From Octopus vulgaris (Eukaryota), in NCBI GenBank assembly GCA_951406725.2, contig OX597818.1, positions 130,200,001 through 130,264,000 on the forward strand: a stretch of 64,000 nt of DNA, in the 5' to 3' direction. Below are positions 1 through 11,207 of the stretch, one piece after another. Both the position numbers and the translations under genes were made by a program. Every line of letters starts with the position of its first letter. Position 1 is the stretch's first letter. The notes below the pieces were generated by a model. That model had not been told where the DNA came from and made no database searches. It saw nothing but the letters and a program-made list of their open reading frames with translations.

Positions 1-604
1 CAGTATTTTAAGTAGAAATCATAATCCTTGAAAGAATCAGAAACGTGTGAAAATGTATCTTTTTTTGAACTGATTTTGTATTTGGTTGATTTCTCTTCTA
101 AAGAGAATACAGGTTTGGAAAACTGCTACCAAACTACTAGATGTTCTTTTCTTTCTTTTGTGTGTGTGTGTGTGTAATACTTACACATCTTCTATGTCCC
201 TTTGCCCCATGAACAAAACCTTATACTCAACTAGTATTCTAATGGTGCAATCATTTCACCAAAGCCTTTTCCTTTCTTGCAAAAACAACTAATATCATTT
301 CTCAGTTGCTACATGTTTAAGCCTTACTACATCAACCTACTTGTGACTGACCCTAGCACTATGTTACCAACTGACCCCAAACTATTTACATTTTAAATTG
401 AAGTCACCAGCAAAATCTCATACCAAAAATAATTCGAAGTTTCAGAAGGGAAATTCAACAATTTGATGTAAGAAGCTTTACACTAAATTGCATTCCAAAC
501 ATCAGCTTAACTCTCTTGAGATGAGGCTTACAAATGCTTCCATGCTGAAGATGACTGAGCCACAAGATGATATTTTCTTAAGATTCTCATAAAATAATAA
601 ATAA

Positions 605-655
605 ATGTGCCCTTTTAAAGCCTAGCCAGGCTCATGGGCCCGGTTTCCTGGTTTC
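605..655 (-). mobile_element. SINE family D, 3' tail fragment
   Basis: atgtgcccttttaaagcctagccaggctcatgggcccggtttc matches the tails at 20060 and 57213. Confidence 0.8.
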
Positions 656-758
656 AAGATTGGAGCCTGATGCAGCCATCTGGTTTCACTAGTCCCCAGT
701 CAAATCGTCCAACCCACGCTAGCTTGGAAAGCGAACGTTAAATGATGATGATGATGAT
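656..758 (+). mobile_element. SINE family F, 3' tail fragment
   Basis: ggagcctgatgcagcc...gtccaacccacgctagcttggaaagcgaacgttaaat(gat)n, same tail as 51510-51612. Confidence 0.8.
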
Positions 759-1560
759 AGCAAAGTACATATATTCTTAAGGAGACCAACCCTTTCTCCT
801 TTTTTTGTACAGTTCATCTTTCAATCTTCCAAAGGTTAATATACCAATATATGAAAAAGTTTCAGTTAATTTAGTAAACCCTTCCTAATTATTCATAATT
901 TTGAAAATTAACTGAAACACATAGGCAGTGTATTATATTCTTTTTTAGAAACATGGTCACGAAAGGCCTATATTGATTTTATTGCACACATTCATTTTAT
1001 GAAACTACTGACACGCACTCTTCAACATCTCAATTCTATGAAATCCATCAACCTCTACTCATCTTATTTCATTCTTTCTGCTATCAAACAACTGTCTTAG
1101 ATGTCATCAAGAGAAGAGGTTTTGAATGGTTCTTTTATTCATTCCACACATCAACCAATAAGTTACTAATGACATTTTCATCATCATTAATTAAATCATT
1201 TGAATACTACAAATGAATTATGCAATAAAAACATGTTTTGTATATAATTATTTGTATTTTCTTTGCTTCTCTCTCAACTTAATGATGTAATTTTTTCTTT
1301 TAAAAATGGATCTGTTATCAACTTTGAGCTCATATATTACTTTTCATTAGGTGGAGGTCACTTCTGATTAAAACATCATTGGGGGAAAATATAAATTCTA
1401 AATTTATAAAAGGAAATGCTTCAGCTTTCGGTGTTCTTGAATTATTCGTCACATGACTGAAATAAATTACTGTTTTCTGACTTATCCCACTAGAGTTTAG
1501 TTTTCTGCAACAGCTAGAGAAGCTTGTACCAAGATTTGTCATCAATGGTATGTAATCGAT

Positions 1561-1973
1561 TACTCTTTTACTCTTTTACCTGTTTCAGCCATTTGCCTGC
1601 GGCCATGCTGGAGCACTGCCTTTAGTCGAGCAAATCGTCCCCAGGACTTATTCTTTGTAAGCCCAGTACTTATTCTATTGGTGTCTTTTGCTGAACCGCT
1701 AAGTTACAGGGAACATAAAAACACCAGCATCGGTTGTTAAGCGATGTTGGTGGGGGGACAAACACAGACACACAAACACACACACATATATATATATATA
1801 TATACATACATATATACAACGGGCTTCTTTCAGTTTCCGTCTACCAAATTCACTCACAAGGCTTTGGTCGACCTGAGGCTATAGTAGAAGACACTTGCCC
1901 AAGGTGCCATGCAGTGGGACTGAACCCAGAACCATGTGGTTCGTAAGCAAGCTACTTACCACACAGCCACTCC
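1561..1973 (-). mobile_element. tRNA-derived SINE family A, near full length
   Basis: On minus: pol III box A TGGCTGTGTGG, box B GGTTCAGTCC, CORE-like ACCTTGGGCAAGT, internal (TA)n/(TG)n, 3' tail (AGTAAAAG)n; more than 20 homologues in the window. Confidence 0.92.
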
Positions 1974-2095
1974 TTAACACAACTAGAACTGAAATGTGGT
2001 TACATCTTATTGACATTCAAAGTCATATTAATCTCACATGCATATGCATGCACACACACACACACATACATGCACACAGTATAATAGCTAGTTTC

Positions 2096-2317
2096 AAAGG
2101 TGGCAAGCTGGCAGAAACGTTAGCATGCCGGGCGAAATGCGTAGCTGTATTTCGTCTGCCATTACGTTCTGAGTTCAAATTCCACCGAGGTCGACTTTGC
2201 CTTTCATCCTTTCGGGGTCGATAAATTAAGTACCAGTTACGCACTGGGGTCGATCTAATCGACTTAATCCTTGTTTGTCCTCTCTGTGTTTAGCCCCTTG
2301 TGGGTAGTAAATAAATA
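2096..2317 (+). mobile_element. SINE family B, young copy with 18 bp TSD
   Basis: Head ggtggcaagctggcagaaacgttagc, box B gagttcaaattc, central gcctttcatcctttcggggtcgataaattaagtaccag; TSD agtataatagctagtttc at 2078-2095 and 2318-2335. Confidence 0.92.
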
Positions 2318-2649
2318 AGTATAATAGCTAGTTTCTTGTAGATTTAGCCTAAAAACATAATAGTCAGTTTGAGGGCAAGGTGAAAAAAGTTCCAGGAGCT
2401 ATAACATCTGTTGACAACAAGGTGTTTCTGGTTCCAAATGAAAGGCAGATTGTATGATGCTTGTGTGCAAAATGTGGTACTGCATGGTAGCAAAACATAG
2501 TTACTGAATGCAGTGGATGTATAAGGCTAGAATAAAGATGAAGCAAGCAAACTCTGTTAAATGTGTAATGTTAACATGTATGAACAATGTAGTATGAGTA
2601 AACTTTGAAAGAAAAAAAACCATGTATTAAGGGAATCAACTATAACAGG

Positions 2650-2880
2650 CATAAGAGAAAACTGAATTGGTACGGAGACATGGCATAGAGCTGGGTTACA
2701 GTTAGATGAAGGATGACAGTTGGGTGGAGACGATTAAGAAACCCAAGTAGAAGAAGCATGTGGAAGATAACAACCAAAGGAGCCATAGGAGAACATACAG
2801 AATGTGGTGAGACACTATACTGAAACAGATCAATCCAACCCATTCCAGCATGGAATATCAGACAAAATAGTGACGAGGGT
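2650..2880 (+). pseudogene. RTE-clade LINE, ORF C-terminus and 3' tail relic
   Basis: Broken translation KRKLNWYGDMA*..MKDDSWVE..VEEACGR*QPKEP*E resembles RTE RLRWYGHV.RM....VEG...RGRPRKTW; followed by tccaacccattccagcatggaa. Confidence 0.65.
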
Positions 2881-2921
2881 AATGAAAACTGTAGCAGCTG
2901 TATTATGGAAATTATATAAAT

Positions 2922-3064
2922 CAGGCATGGCTGTGTGGTAAGAAGCTTGCTTCCCAACCACACAGCTTGCTTTCCAAGTTCAGTCCCACTGCGTGGCACC
3001 TTGGGCAAAAGTCTTCTATGATGGCCTTGGGCCAACCAAAGCCTTGGTAGGTGGAAACTGAAAG
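2922..3064 (+). mobile_element. SINE family A, head fragment
   Basis: caggcatggctgtgtggtaagaagcttgc...gttcagtcccactgcgtggcaccttgggc. Confidence 0.85.
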
Positions 3065-3469
3065 TTTGTGAAGAGAATTTATGATTTAATCTTTACAAAT
3101 ATCTGGAAATACATTTTATACATATCTGAAAAACAAATGAGCAAGATATTTTTATGATTGCTTCATTTTATAGCAGGTTAATCCCTTTGACAGTTTCCAC
3201 AGGTCTAATAAAGTAATTCAGTTAACTTTGCATCCATTCATGAAATTATAAAGAATATCATGTTCTTGCATATTTGAAGTATCAGAAGATTTTCAGGTTC
3301 TCCAAGTGTCTCCATATTCAAAGGAAACAGAATAGAGAAATTCAAGAATGAATAGTTCTGCACAGTAATACTTTTTATGAGTTGCTCTGGAGGAAGAGGT
3401 TTGTACCCATGGCTTTTACAAACCCTCCAAGACAGGTAAGATAAAAGTGGTTGATAAAAGGTGTATCTC

Positions 3470-4115
3470 AAGAACAACTGGAAACAAGGAAAGAATTTCA
3501 GTGAACTGACATTCTGGGAAGCAAGGAAGTGTGGTCAACGCAAGGCCTGGGAGATGGACATTAATATGAGAGATGAGAAGAGGTAAAGTAAATCAGCTTA
3601 ACAGGAAGTGGTATATGAGCAAATAGCTCTGAGATATGTGAAAGCACTCCGTCGGTTACGACGATGAGGGTTCCGGTTGATCCGAATCAACGGAACAGCC
3701 TGCTCGTGAAATTAACGTGTAAGTGGCTGAACACTCCACAGACACGTGCACCCTTAACGTAGTTCTCGGGGATATTCAGCGTGACATAGAGAGTGACAAG
3801 GCCGACCCTTTGAAATACAGGTACAACAGAAACAGGAAGTAAGAGTGAGAGAAAGTTGTGGTGAAAGAGTACAGCAGGGATCACCACCATCCCCTGCCGG
3901 AGCCTCGTGGAGCTTTTAGGTGTTTTCGCTCAATAAACACTCACAACACCCGGTCTGGGAATCGAAACCGCAATCCTATGACCGCGAGTCCGCTGCCCTA
4001 ACCACTGGGCCATTGCGCCTCCACTCCTCTGAGATATATAAACAATGGCAGTAGTGTTAGAAAAGACAAAGTGAGGTGACAGTATGTCTGTGGGCCAAAG
4101 ATTGGAGCATGTCTA
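3470..4115 (-). pseudogene. L2/CR1-group LINE ORF2 C-terminal relic, split by a family C SINE
   Basis: After removing 3638-4037, minus strand reads LQSLAHRHTVTSLCLF*HYCHCLYISELFAHIPLP...SLLPRMSVH*NSF, like the L2/CR1 motif LQSLAHRR.VASL.LFYRY+.G..S.EL...SFFPRT..LWNSL. Confidence 0.7.
3638..4026 (-). mobile_element. tRNA-derived SINE family C (tail C1), full length, 11 bp TSD
   Basis: Minus head gtggaggcgcaatggcccagtggttagggcagcggactcgcggtc...gtttcgattccc; TSD ctctgagatat at 3627-3637 and 4027-4037. Confidence 0.92.
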
Positions 4116-4191
4116 GATCCTGCAGAGATGGAATATGTTTGCAGAAAGTTGATACTCCAAAAGTTCACTCCTATTGTATATCTAAAATATA

Positions 4192-4423
4192 TATTTCTTT
4201 ACTACCCACAAGGGGCTAAACATAGAGGGGACAAACAAGGACAAACAAAGGGATTAAGTCGATTATATCGACCCAGTGCGAAACTGGTACTTTATTTATC
4301 GACCTCGAGAGGATGAAAGGCAAAGTCGACCACGGCGAAATTTGAACTCAGAACGTAACGACAGACAAAATACCGCTAAGCATTTCGTCCGGCGCTCTAA
4401 CGTTTCTGCCAGCTCGCCGCCTT
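4192..4423 (-). mobile_element. SINE family B
   Basis: Reverse complement of 2096-2317. Confidence 0.9.
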
Positions 4424-4745
4424 ATATAGTGCTAATTCACAATTTTAGTATGATTTTTCAAAGATGGTGGCATACGATTACTACAAGACAGCTACTTTTA
4501 TTTCTATAATATTTTGCTAGGAAGAACTAAGGCAAATGAAATTTACAAGAAAGAAGTGTAAAGTTAATTGTGCTAGTTTTGAAATAATTAAGAAAACTTA
4601 AAGAAGGATGTCAAAAAGAAGGTGTCAAATTTATAAATGAAGACATAATTTTGTAATCAATTGGCTTCACCTAAAGTTCATTAAATTTTGTAGCTGATTG
4701 GTAAATAAATTTCAATTTAAGTTTCAGTTCTTGTTTTATATCTAT

Positions 4746-4890
4746 AGGCACAGGTGTGACTATATGGTTGAGAAGTCTGCTTCCCAACCATGATTTCAGG
4801 TTCTTCTACAATAGCACTGGCCCTACCAAACCCTTCTGAGTGGATTAGGTAGATGGAAACTGAAAGAAGCCTGTTGTGTATATATATATA
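4746..4890 (+). mobile_element. SINE family A, degraded 5' half
   Basis: ggcacaggtgtgactatatggttgagaag...gatggaaactgaaagaagcctg. Confidence 0.7.
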
Positions 4891-4896
4891 TATTTT

Positions 4897-5167
4897 TTTT
4901 CCGACCAGCCTATCAGATGTTGCTACACAATGCGCTTTGCATTGTTTTAGCCTTCAAATGACGCCACCCCACTGGCTGAGCAAGCAGGCCTACAGAAGAA
5001 AGAGTGAGAGAAATTTGTGGCGAAAGAGTACAGTGGGATCGCCACCACCCCCTGCTGGAGCCTCGTGGAGCTTTAGGTGTTTTCGCTCAATAAACACTCA
5101 CAACGCCCAGTCTGGGAATCGAAACTGCGAGTCCGCTGCCCTAACCACTGGGCCATTGCGCCTCCAC
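4897..5167 (-). mobile_element. SINE with family C head and body but a different 3' tail (C2)
   Basis: 5000-5167 aligns to 3840-4024; 4897-4995 does not match the C1 tail. Confidence 0.8.
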
Positions 5168-5249
5168 GTATATATATACATACATATATATATATATTTA
5201 TTTATTTATATATATATGATGAACTCTCCTATCAAAGATGATGTATGAG

Positions 5250-5502
5250 TGCTCAACCTTTGCTGAACGACCTGCACAGATGATTTGTTTATAGTGATAT
5301 CAAATGTATATGCTATACATTAGTTCACTCCCTCTATCAAATCGATGTTGCCTAAACAAGTACATGGTGTACCATGCACCAGGTGATCACAGAGCAACGT
5401 GAGATGAAGTGATTTGCTGAAGAATACAATGCACCACCCAAGTCTAGGAATTGAAACCATGATTTCGTGATCATGAAAGCAACACTCTAACCACTAGGCC
5501 AT
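5250..5502 (-). mobile_element. Old SINE with D/E-type head and another tail
   Basis: gagcaacgtgagatgaagtgatttgctgaagaatac...ctaaccactaggccat matches the D head and body; left part differs from D and E tails. Confidence 0.6.
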
Positions 5503-5784
5503 ATATATATCAAAAGATGTGCTATAACACTATTCCACATATACAAAAACAGCCATACCATCAATCCAACATACCTCCATCATCAGCTGCCCCACGGATA
5601 TCATTATGGTTTCGACACCTGGGCAGTACCATTCAATTCGGTGGTGTCAACAGCACTAAAATAAGTGCTCTCTCTCTCTCTCTCTGTATATATATATATA
5701 TATATATATAATAGTATGAGGGAATATTATTCCAAACTTGCAGGGAAAAATTCAAAATATAATATAAATAAAAAAAAAAAATAA

Positions 5785-6025
5785 ATAAATAGATAAATAA
5801 GCATATATTACATACCTGGGATAAATATAAGATATAGAGATAGATAAAATAAATAAAATCAAATGGTATAATTTAATTTTTCATTATTGAATTGATAAAA
5901 GGTGTTTTTTTTAAATTTCTATATATGTATACATGCCCTTTATATAAATTTATTTATTTATTTTATCTATCTCTATATCTTATATTTATCCCAGGTATGT
6001 GATATATGCTTATTTATCTATTTAT
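5785..6025. repeat. 73 bp inverted repeat, 95 nt spacer
   Basis: 5785-5857 is the reverse complement of 5953-6025 with one mismatch. Confidence 0.95.
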
Positions 6026-6772
6026 ATATTTATTTTTTTCATACATCTATCCCCATTTCTCATAAGTATCACAGGTGTCCCCAAAGTCCATTGCATCCCC
6101 AAAGTCCATCCCCTCCTCACCGTGGTGGGAATGCTGGCAATGGGTAGTATCAGAGCTATACTGTCGGGAACTTCGGTTCGTGGTAGGGCTACCCAAAGCA
6201 GATTGGTCTGACACTGAGTGGTATTAGGGCCACAACCCGGCAGACGGGGCTCTGGTGAAAATCCTTGGAGTGTCTGCTTCAGCAACCGGTGGCTCCTCGG
6301 TCGTTCTGTCCCTGCGTCTGCGGACAATCTGTGGCAAACAGGATGTCTCCATATGCGGGATTGTTGGGGACCGCTTGTGAAATCCACATATTCCCACGAA
6401 ACTTCTTCCATGGTAGAAGAAGCCGACTCAACCCGCCCAAGATGAATGTCGCCACAAGTAAAGTACAAGTACAGGTGAGTGCATATATGTCTATTGTGTG
6501 TGTATTACCCTGTATGATTCTGTGCAATATTTACATTCTTCTTTGTTTATTTGTTTTTCCTTTCTCTTCTCATCCCTTCTGTCTTTAGTCATGTGATGTG
6601 GTGTGTTGGTGGGTGTTATTGTTCCATTCGTGTATTCTATTGAGGCTCGATCTGTCTACTTCTATGTCTGAGTGTCATGTGAGTTCCATGTGCTGATAAT
6701 ACCTTAACCTCTATGCTGAGCATGTTGGTAGAGCACTGACAAACTTTTCCCTTCTTTGAGCTCTTGCCAATG

Positions 6773-6810
6773 TTCACCTGTATGCTCTCTTAGAAGAGCA
6801 TACAGGTGAA
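6773..6810. repeat. Perfect 16 bp hairpin
   Basis: ttcacctgtatgctct-cttaga-agagcatacaggtgaa. Confidence 0.95.
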
Positions 6811-6911
6811 AAAATAAATGACCATCTTGAAATACAACAATATCGGTTTCAACACACAATTTCACATTAGGAATCTTGCAACACAAATTGATAACCATAT
6901 ATATATATATA

Positions 6912-7251
6912 TATCCAGACATTGGAAAAAATGCTATGAAAATGACCATTAAACAAAGGGAAATTACAGTGTGATTGACCGTTATTAAGACAAAGCAGCT
7001 ATTAGAATGACCCAAGTGAGGGTGAATGAGTCTACACATAAAGACGCATGTATGTGGGTGTGCAGGCGTACATGTGTAGGTATGGACATGTGCACCTACG
7101 GGAATACTATGAACATTTTTACCCCCTTACTTTTACTCCCTCCCCTTAGCGGTCATTTTAATAGCTCTTTTGTCTTAATAATGGTCAATCACACAGTAAT
7201 TTCCCTTTGTATAATGGTCATTTTCTTAGCATTTTTTCTAATGGCCGGATA
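6912..7251. repeat. 101 bp inverted repeat (about 90% identity), 138 nt spacer
   Basis: 6912-7012 vs reverse complement of 7151-7251; also visible as the shared peptide HxNSxFVLIxVNHTVISLC in two opposite-strand ORFs. Confidence 0.95.
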
Positions 7252-7307
7252 ACTGAAAAGATGGCGGCATGGATTTCCATCCCGACATCTGAAACTCAGA
7301 GTTTTAT
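7249..7307 (+). ncRNA. Degenerate type I hammerhead-like motif
   Basis: ataa-CTGAAAA-13 bp stem II (2 mismatches)-t-GAAAC-tcaga-GTT-ttat; core imperfect. Confidence 0.35.
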
Positions 7308-7439
7308 AATGGCTACCGAATAATTGTCACATATTACATTTACAGATAAATTCCTCTATTTACATAATATCGAGGTCTCTTTCATTCTTTTGTTGTCTTA
7401 CCATTTTTATCAATATATATATATGTGTGTGTGTGTGTG

Positions 7440-7686
7440 TGTTCGTGTTTCCTTGCCATCACAATGTGTTATCATTGTAAATGAGTGTCCTCTGTCATAC
7501 AAGTAAAGTTATTCATTTCTAATATTCTAGAAAACATGCCTGGCCATGAGAAAGTATAACCCTGCTTGGAAGCAACTGAATGTTGGTGACAGGAAGGGCA
7601 CCTCACTGAAAAAAATCTGCCTCAATAAACTCTGTCTAACACAAGCAAGCATGGGAAATTGGGCATTAAAATGATGATGATGACGA
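7440..7686 (+). mobile_element. Old SINE with F-type tail
   Basis: gttggtgacaggaagggcacc...gcaagcatgggaaattgggcattaaaat(gat)n. Confidence 0.65.
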
Positions 7687-9113
7687 TTTTACTTTTGAGC
7701 TTTCTTTAGTAAGAATAAAGTATAATGTTGCAAACACATATTCCAATACCTTCCCAAAAGATTACTAGTTCAATCACCTAAAAACAAAATACTAAAAGCA
7801 ACAAAATCAATTAAAAAGTTAAGAAAAGTGTTTCAATGATAACTTTAATGTTTCTCTTAAGTTATATGTGTAATGCATGAGAAATTGTTGCTCTCAAAGC
7901 ATTTAGCAAGAATTTATTGTAAAAAGCTTGAGTTTATTCAGCACATGCAATAGAAGGAACTATTAGAAATAAAGTTAAACAGTATTTTTACCAAAGAGGA
8001 AAAAAATACAAAAACAAAAACCAAAAATAATTAACAAGCAAAATAAATAAGTATAAAAGTAGAAAACTCATCATCATCATCATCATCACTTAACTTTATC
8101 TGTTAATAAAAAAAAAAAAATAAAAACAAACAAGTATATTCTGAAGTAAATGAAGTTTCATTGACAAAAAAAAGTTTAAAGAAATAGGAAAGGAACATTA
8201 AATAGTTGATATAGTTTTCATGAATAAACATTTCAGGCTTCCATGTTGATCGTAAAGAAAAGAAAAATAGTTGAAGAAGAAATTACAATACAGTAAGTTG
8301 AATGAAATCAAAGTATATAAATAAATTTTAAAAAATTGAGAAAACTTTTTTTTGTAATGTTGAACTAATTAAGACATTGTATGATGTTTGCTTTGACCTT
8401 TCCCTAAGTGTATAGATATATAAGAGAAGTGGTGAATGATTTTTTTTTTCTAAAAACATTTCTGTTCTTTTTTTTTTTTCAGCTATGTTTCCTAAACTAC
8501 CTACCACTGCCAACTTTAAAAAGCAATCTCAATAGAGGATTACTTCACACTACACAGATCGTGTCAAGCTTATATCTTGCACATTCATTCAGTTCTGCAA
8601 AACTGCCTTAGAAATTTAACCATCCCCCGGCACTACTGGGATTCTTTAAAAACATGCAAAGATTTGTTTTCTAACAAAAATCGAAAAAAAAAAAAGAATG
8701 AAAAGAAAAAGAATAAATACAATTTAAAGAATATACAGTGTTCTGATATAAAGATTGGGGGTGGGGTTATATCATTTAATACCCTCCTTTTACATTTTTT
8801 TTCAGTGTGTGTGTATGTGTGAAATTTAGAATTTCGGAATAGTTGACCGTCATCACACAGAGAACCTATTATAGGGAATAAGAAATTGTGACTTGTGACT
8901 ATTGTAATTCAGTTGTTTTTAGTCACGTGTTGGAACATTTATGTTGATAAAAGAACATTAGTTGAAATTCAAAGTGAAAAAAATGTGAAAACTTCCCTTT
9001 ATATATTCAGAATATATAAAATGCCAAAGTTTAAGAAAAATAATAATAAAAATTACATTTCTTTTTAGCAAATTTTTCGGTAGTTGTTACAGTATACTGC
9101 TTGAATATAAATA

Positions 9114-9168
<55 letters not shown>

Positions 9169-9624
9169 TTAGATATTCACTTTGCTACAAACCTTTTTAT
9201 TTTTTCTTGTCAATTTTTATTAATATAGAACTTCTACAGAGAAATGCAAATATATCTAAACGACATTAGTAGCTCTAGATTGAAGAAACTTGGTCCAGAT
9301 CTATGCTAAATGATCATGAAATAAAGAAATTCCTACTCCAAATGTGAAATATTTCTTCTTGTAAGTGATGAGCTTTTAAGACAGTAAAGGTTGCTTTGTA
9401 GTTCACTTTAACAAGAAGTGAGATAAAGATTTCTCTTCACAGTCAGATATCATCAACATCATCATTATAATGTCCAGTTTTCCAGAATTTCTTGAGGCAG
9501 ATTTTCTATGGCCAAATGCCCTTCCTGTCACCAACCCTCACATGTTACCCTTGGCTGAATATGTTTTCAGAAAAGATTGGAAAAGAATGATACCCATAAC
9601 TACCTATGAGACAGGAACACACAC

Positions 9625-9742
9625 ATTTGAACTCAGAACATAAAGATGGGTGAAATACTGCTAAGCATTTTGCCTGGCATGCTCATCATTCTGCCAGCTT
9701 GCCACCTCATGAATAATAATAATAATAATAATAATGATAATT

Positions 9743-9773
<31 letters not shown>

Positions 9774-9837
9774 CAATAACTAAGCATTTTGCCTGGCATG
9801 CTAACGGCTCTGCCAGCTTGTCCCCTTAATAATAATG

Positions 9838-9886
<49 letters not shown>

Positions 9887-9890
9887 TAAT
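9625..9890 (-). mobile_element. Two tandem family B head fragments separated by (AAT)n
   Basis: ctaagcattttgcctggcatgct...ctgccagcttg at 9661 and 9780. Confidence 0.75.
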
Positions 9891-10370
9891 GCACAATTAG
9901 TAGAGCATGGTATGTAATAAAAACACTAAATTTGCTTATTTGAACACAAGGAAAGACTGGCAATAGGAAAGGTTCCCAGCCATAACCCACCCCACCTCAA
10001 TAGCTCTCAACCCAATTGTGGTAGCATGAAAAAATATATACCAATGTAAAAAAAAATAACAAAAAAAATAGTGACGATGATTTTCCTGTGAGTAGCAGTT
10101 GATTAATTTTAGCAACAATTTTGTTAGTTCATTTTAACTATTCTTTATTAGTCCTATTGTGCTTTAAAGACAAGGTCTTTGGAATCAAGTGTGCCACATT
10201 CTTGGCAATGACACATGGTAATTGTATTTGTTGGTAATAAAAAAGCTAGACTTGTGAAAAAGGTGCCTGGTTCAATTCCACCATGTGGTACCTTGAGTGA
10301 GAGATTTGTTATTGTACTCTCTTATGAGTTGAATTTGGTAAGTGGAAACATGTAGGAGCCCACCATATAT

Positions 10371-10718
10371 ATCATCATCATCATCATCAACTGCAGCAGC
10401 ATATGTCCACTTTCAATGCTGGCATTAGCTGGTTTGGTTGGATGGCTTGTCATAGGCCAAGTGAGCTCTTACTTGGAGTTACTTCCTTCCTGGGTGGGTT
10501 GGAATGCCACATCTTACTCATACATTCTGTTTTTAGAATTGTTTTCTATTCCTGGATGTCCTTCCTAACATTGACCACTTTAAAGAGTCAGATCTACTCA
10601 CAAGATTTTGGTCAGCTCAGGGTTTTGTAGAAGATGCTTGCCCAAAGTTCAATGCAATGGGATTGAGCATGTAACCATGTGGTTAAGAAGCAAGCTTCTC
10701 AACCACGCAGCCATGCCA
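10371..10718 (-). mobile_element. Old SINE: family A head contiguous with family F tail
   Basis: (ATC)n tail and ctggatgtccttcctaac at 10371-10590 run directly into the A head at 10590-10718 on the same strand. Confidence 0.55.
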
Positions 10719-10780
10719 GTTTAATAAAACTACTGAAGAAATGGTTCTCATATTCAGAAATTCTATGTATTTCTCTTCTA

Positions 10781-11207
10781 TACTCTTTTTACTCTTTTTT
10801 TTACTCTTTTTACTTGTTTCAGTCATTTGACTGCGGCCATGCTGGAGCACCGCCTTTAGTCGAGCAACTCGACCCCGGGACTTATTCTTTGTAAGCCCAG
10901 TACTTATTCTATCGGTCTCTTTTGCCGAACCGCTAAGTGACGGGGACGTAAACACACCAGCATCAGTTGTCAAGCAATGCTAGGGGAACAAACACAGACA
11001 CACAAACATATTCACACACACTTATATATATATACATATATACGACAGGCTTCTTTCAGTTTCCATCTACCAAATCCACTCACAAGGCTTTGGTCGGCCC
11101 CGGGGCTATAGCAGAAGACACTTGCCCAAGATGCCACGCAGTGGGACTGAACTCGGAACCATGTGGTTGGTTAGCAAGCTACTTACCAAACAGCCACTCC
11201 TGCGCCT
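10781..11207 (-). mobile_element. SINE family A, young full length
   Basis: Near identical to 27234-27649, 58473-58878 and the reverse of 63478-63887. Confidence 0.93.

Noticed and set aside
3940-4026. tRNA genes at SINE heads (also 20230-20312, 21323-21400, 63478-63555)
   Set aside because: A and B boxes are present, but the acceptor stems are imperfect and each continues into a SINE body and tail.
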